Virus record (IMG/VR): IMGVR_UViG_3300014508_000004
Location: 1-36,897 of that record
Source: a virus
Lineage: Duplodnaviria; Caudoviricetes
DNA length: 36,897 nucleotides
Direction: 5' to 3' (one strand)
Made by a program: the position numbers and the translations under genes. This document shows, piece by piece, positions 34,947 to 36,897 of the stretch; position 1 is the stretch's first letter; the number at the start of each line of letters is the position of its first letter. The notes beneath the pieces are model-generated. The model did no database searches. It was not told where the DNA came from and saw only the letters and a list, made by a program, of their open reading frames with translations.

Positions 34947-36328
34947 TCAATATTTAACCTTCCGCCTTGACGCTTAACTAAGTGTGGGCATGCTCCCATG
35001 ATGAAGCTATCGGCTAAATCATGGGACTTTTCAATTCTCTTTTTAACTTCCTTTTTAGACTCAACCATATCAAGGCCGCGCTTAGAATAATCAGCTCTTG
35101 GTGCTGACAGTTCACTCTTTAATTCTTCCAACCCTTTTAAGTCAGACGATATACTAATCAATTCGCTTAACTCGTACTTCATGCCCTTTGTAACTGCGTT
35201 AAATGTATTTCTCATTCTGTCGGCAACATCACGCCATGCCTGAGCTTTTAAGTTCTCAAACTTCTTCTTGTTCGTTATCTTAGGAGAGTATTCGCGCGTA
35301 GGATTAAATACTTCTGCTGCAGCATTGAATTTAGAATAGTTTTTATATCCTTTGCCTTTAAGTATCGAGCCAACGCCAGCACCGACACCGATAGAGTCAT
35401 AAGATAATATTCCGCCTGAATCACTAAGGTGCTTATATGCCCTTACTGATGAACGTTCTAACTCATCCTCTCCTGCTTTCCATGCGTCCATCGTAACAGC
35501 TAAAGCGCCATTAAATACAGTTACACAATTTCTGTCAGCGCCACTATCAGCAACATCGTAACCGGCGCAAATAGCGCCACTCATATCTAATTCAAGTTTA
35601 TGGTGAGCATCCACACAAGCGTTAACCCATGATCGTTTAATAATTGATTGATCATCATCAGCATAAGGAATACCATTATATACATGGTCGGCTAATTCGT
35701 AATCCTCTTCAAATTCTTCTGCAATATCCCTTAATGCTGAATCACTTAAGAATTGATTTTCATCATAGTTAATCTTACGAACCAATGCGCCTTTAGGTGG
35801 TGATTCAACTAATCGCTGCCAAGAGTAGTCCGAAACTATTTGCCCGTTCATAGTAAACCACATCTCAGCACCATCATTACGCATAATAGTCGGACGAATA
35901 GTGGTAAACATTTTCTTAGTTAAGCTCTGACTTTCTTCATTCCACCAAACAGTCGCGCCCTCGAATGACTTAATCTCTTCGATGTTTCTGGCGATACCGT
36001 AAAACTTAAACATTGAACCATTAGTTTTATGCTCGATAGAGTTAGCGAATATATTAAAATTATCGTCTAACCCGAAGTATGAGATCTTATCTTTAAGCAG
36101 TGTGTATACAGAATCTTCTATTTTGTTTTGATACATACGCGTACATAAGAATAATTCTTTATGATGATTGGCTCTAGCTATTGCCATGCCTGCCGCATCA
36201 TGAGACTTAGAAGACATTCTACCACCATGAAGAACACGCATACTAACGGGAGTTCCGTCATCTAATTTACGAGTAGTCCAAAATGGTTTTAATGCGGGGT
36301 TTAGTGTTGCTCTAGTAGAAGTCATCAA
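34943..36328 (-). CDS. terL: Terminase large subunit (PBSX family)
   Basis: HGGRMSSKSH Walker A, WWNEESQ Walker B, GYDVAD nuclease motif, SHDLADS. Confidence 0.95.
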   Translation of the reverse strand: MMTSTRATLNPALKPFWTTRKLDDGTPVSMRVLHGGRMSSKSHDAAGMAIARANHHKELFLCTRMYQNKIEDSVYTLLKDKISYFGLDDNFNIFANSIEHKTNGSMFKFYGIARNIEEIKSFEGATVWWNEESQSLTKKMFTTIRPTIMRNDGAEMWFTMNGQIVSDYSWQRLVESPPKGALVRKINYDENQFLSDSALRDIAEEFEEDYELADHVYNGIPYADDDQSIIKRSWVNACVDAHHKLELDMSGAICAGYDVADSGADRNCVTVFNGALAVTMDAWKAGEDELERSSVRAYKHLSDSGGILSYDSIGVGAGVGSILKGKGYKNYSKFNAAAEVFNPTREYSPKITNKKKFENLKAQAWRDVADRMRNTFNAVTKGMKYELSELISISSDLKGLEELKSELSAPRADYSKRGLDMVESKKEVKKRIEKSHDLADSFIMGACPHLVKRQGGRLNID

Positions 36329-36707
36329 GTGAGCTTCTTACCTTAACATTTGAATTTACTTCAACAACGTACTTGTCAAGACCAACTAACTTGGCTTTAC
36401 TCATTGTCGCTGTAATGGCCGCTGATGATTGCGGAGTATCTGCTGATAGTGCGGATTCCCTTGCTTCATTTAACTCAAGGATGAGGCTTTCAATCGTCAC
36501 ACCGTGAGCTTTAACGGTATCTTCTTGTAATTGTTCGTACCTAGCCAAAACCTGTGCCTGTCTTGATAATGCACTGGCTTTATTGTGAACGGTATCGTCT
36601 TTCCATTTTAAGCTGCTTGGGTGTGATACTCGATAGGCTTCTGACTTGTTTCCTGTCTCTAACCATACTTGACAGAATTGTTCGTGCTTACTATTTTCTA
36701 ATGCCAT
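36312..36707 (-). CDS. terS: Terminase small subunit
   Basis: KHEQFCQ...GNKSEAYR pattern; directly upstream of terL; ATG at 36707. Confidence 0.85.
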   Translation of the reverse strand: MALENSKHEQFCQVWLETGNKSEAYRVSHPSSLKWKDDTVHNKASALSRQAQVLARYEQLQEDTVKAHGVTIESLILELNEARESALSADTPQSSAAITATMSKAKLVGLDKYVVEVNSNVKVRSSLDDFY

Positions 36708-36779
36708 CTCAACCCCCAAGGTTTTAATGCTATCTCTCAGAGATAAGCGGCTTTTACACCGCGTTTATGCTTATGCTAA

Positions 36780-36897
36780 TTAACTAGCTGTGAATAATGT
36801 TGCTTGAACATCGACTGTAAATGTTTCTGTATCAAGTAGTGTTACGGGTGAGCCTCTATCAAAGTAGCTTACTGTTAATCCACCTGCAGGAGTTGAA
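36780..36897 (-). CDS. 3' end of the join-spanning structural gene
   Basis: In-frame continuation of the ORF starting at 398; stop TAA at 36782-36780. Confidence 0.75.
   Translation of the reverse strand, partial: STPAGGLTVSYFDRGSPVTLLDTETFTVDVQATLFTAS
36800..36897. repeat. 98-bp terminal direct repeat, right copy
   Basis: Identical to 2-99. Confidence 0.95.

Overview
The window is an apparently complete, circularly assembled, AT-rich genome (~36.8 kb) of a tailed dsDNA phage with siphovirus organisation. Positions 2-99 repeat exactly at 36800-36897, and one structural gene reads across that join. The minus strand carries the virion module: TerS, PBSX-type TerL, portal, gp7/gpF-like minor head protein, scaffold, major capsid protein, a LamG appendage module, head-tail and tail genes, a frameshifting tail chaperone, tape measure, hub and tailspike. 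The rest holds recombination genes (RecE/ExoVIII-like, NinB, NinG, putative SSB), replication genes (initiator with internal iterons, DnaB), an adenine methyltransferase, a PAPS-reductase-like protein, an amidase endolysin, an HNH-like gene and many small ORFs. I recognised no integrase, tRNA or CRISPR array. A marine gammaproteobacterial host is a guess from gene content. The most notable non-routine signals are four: (1) an integron-like gene cassette with a well-formed attC site but no integrase, its peptide gene antisense to the attC (15020-15404); (2) a ~650 nt promoter-driven non-coding region with several structured RNA domains, the first resembling P1 C4 antisense RNA (4040-4654); (3) an orphan Phd/YefM-like antitoxin with a YefM-type operator heading a small-gene island between portal and terminase; (4) an unannotated Rmf/CrpP-like 40-aa peptide. 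All product calls come from reading motifs and synteny by eye; no database search was run.
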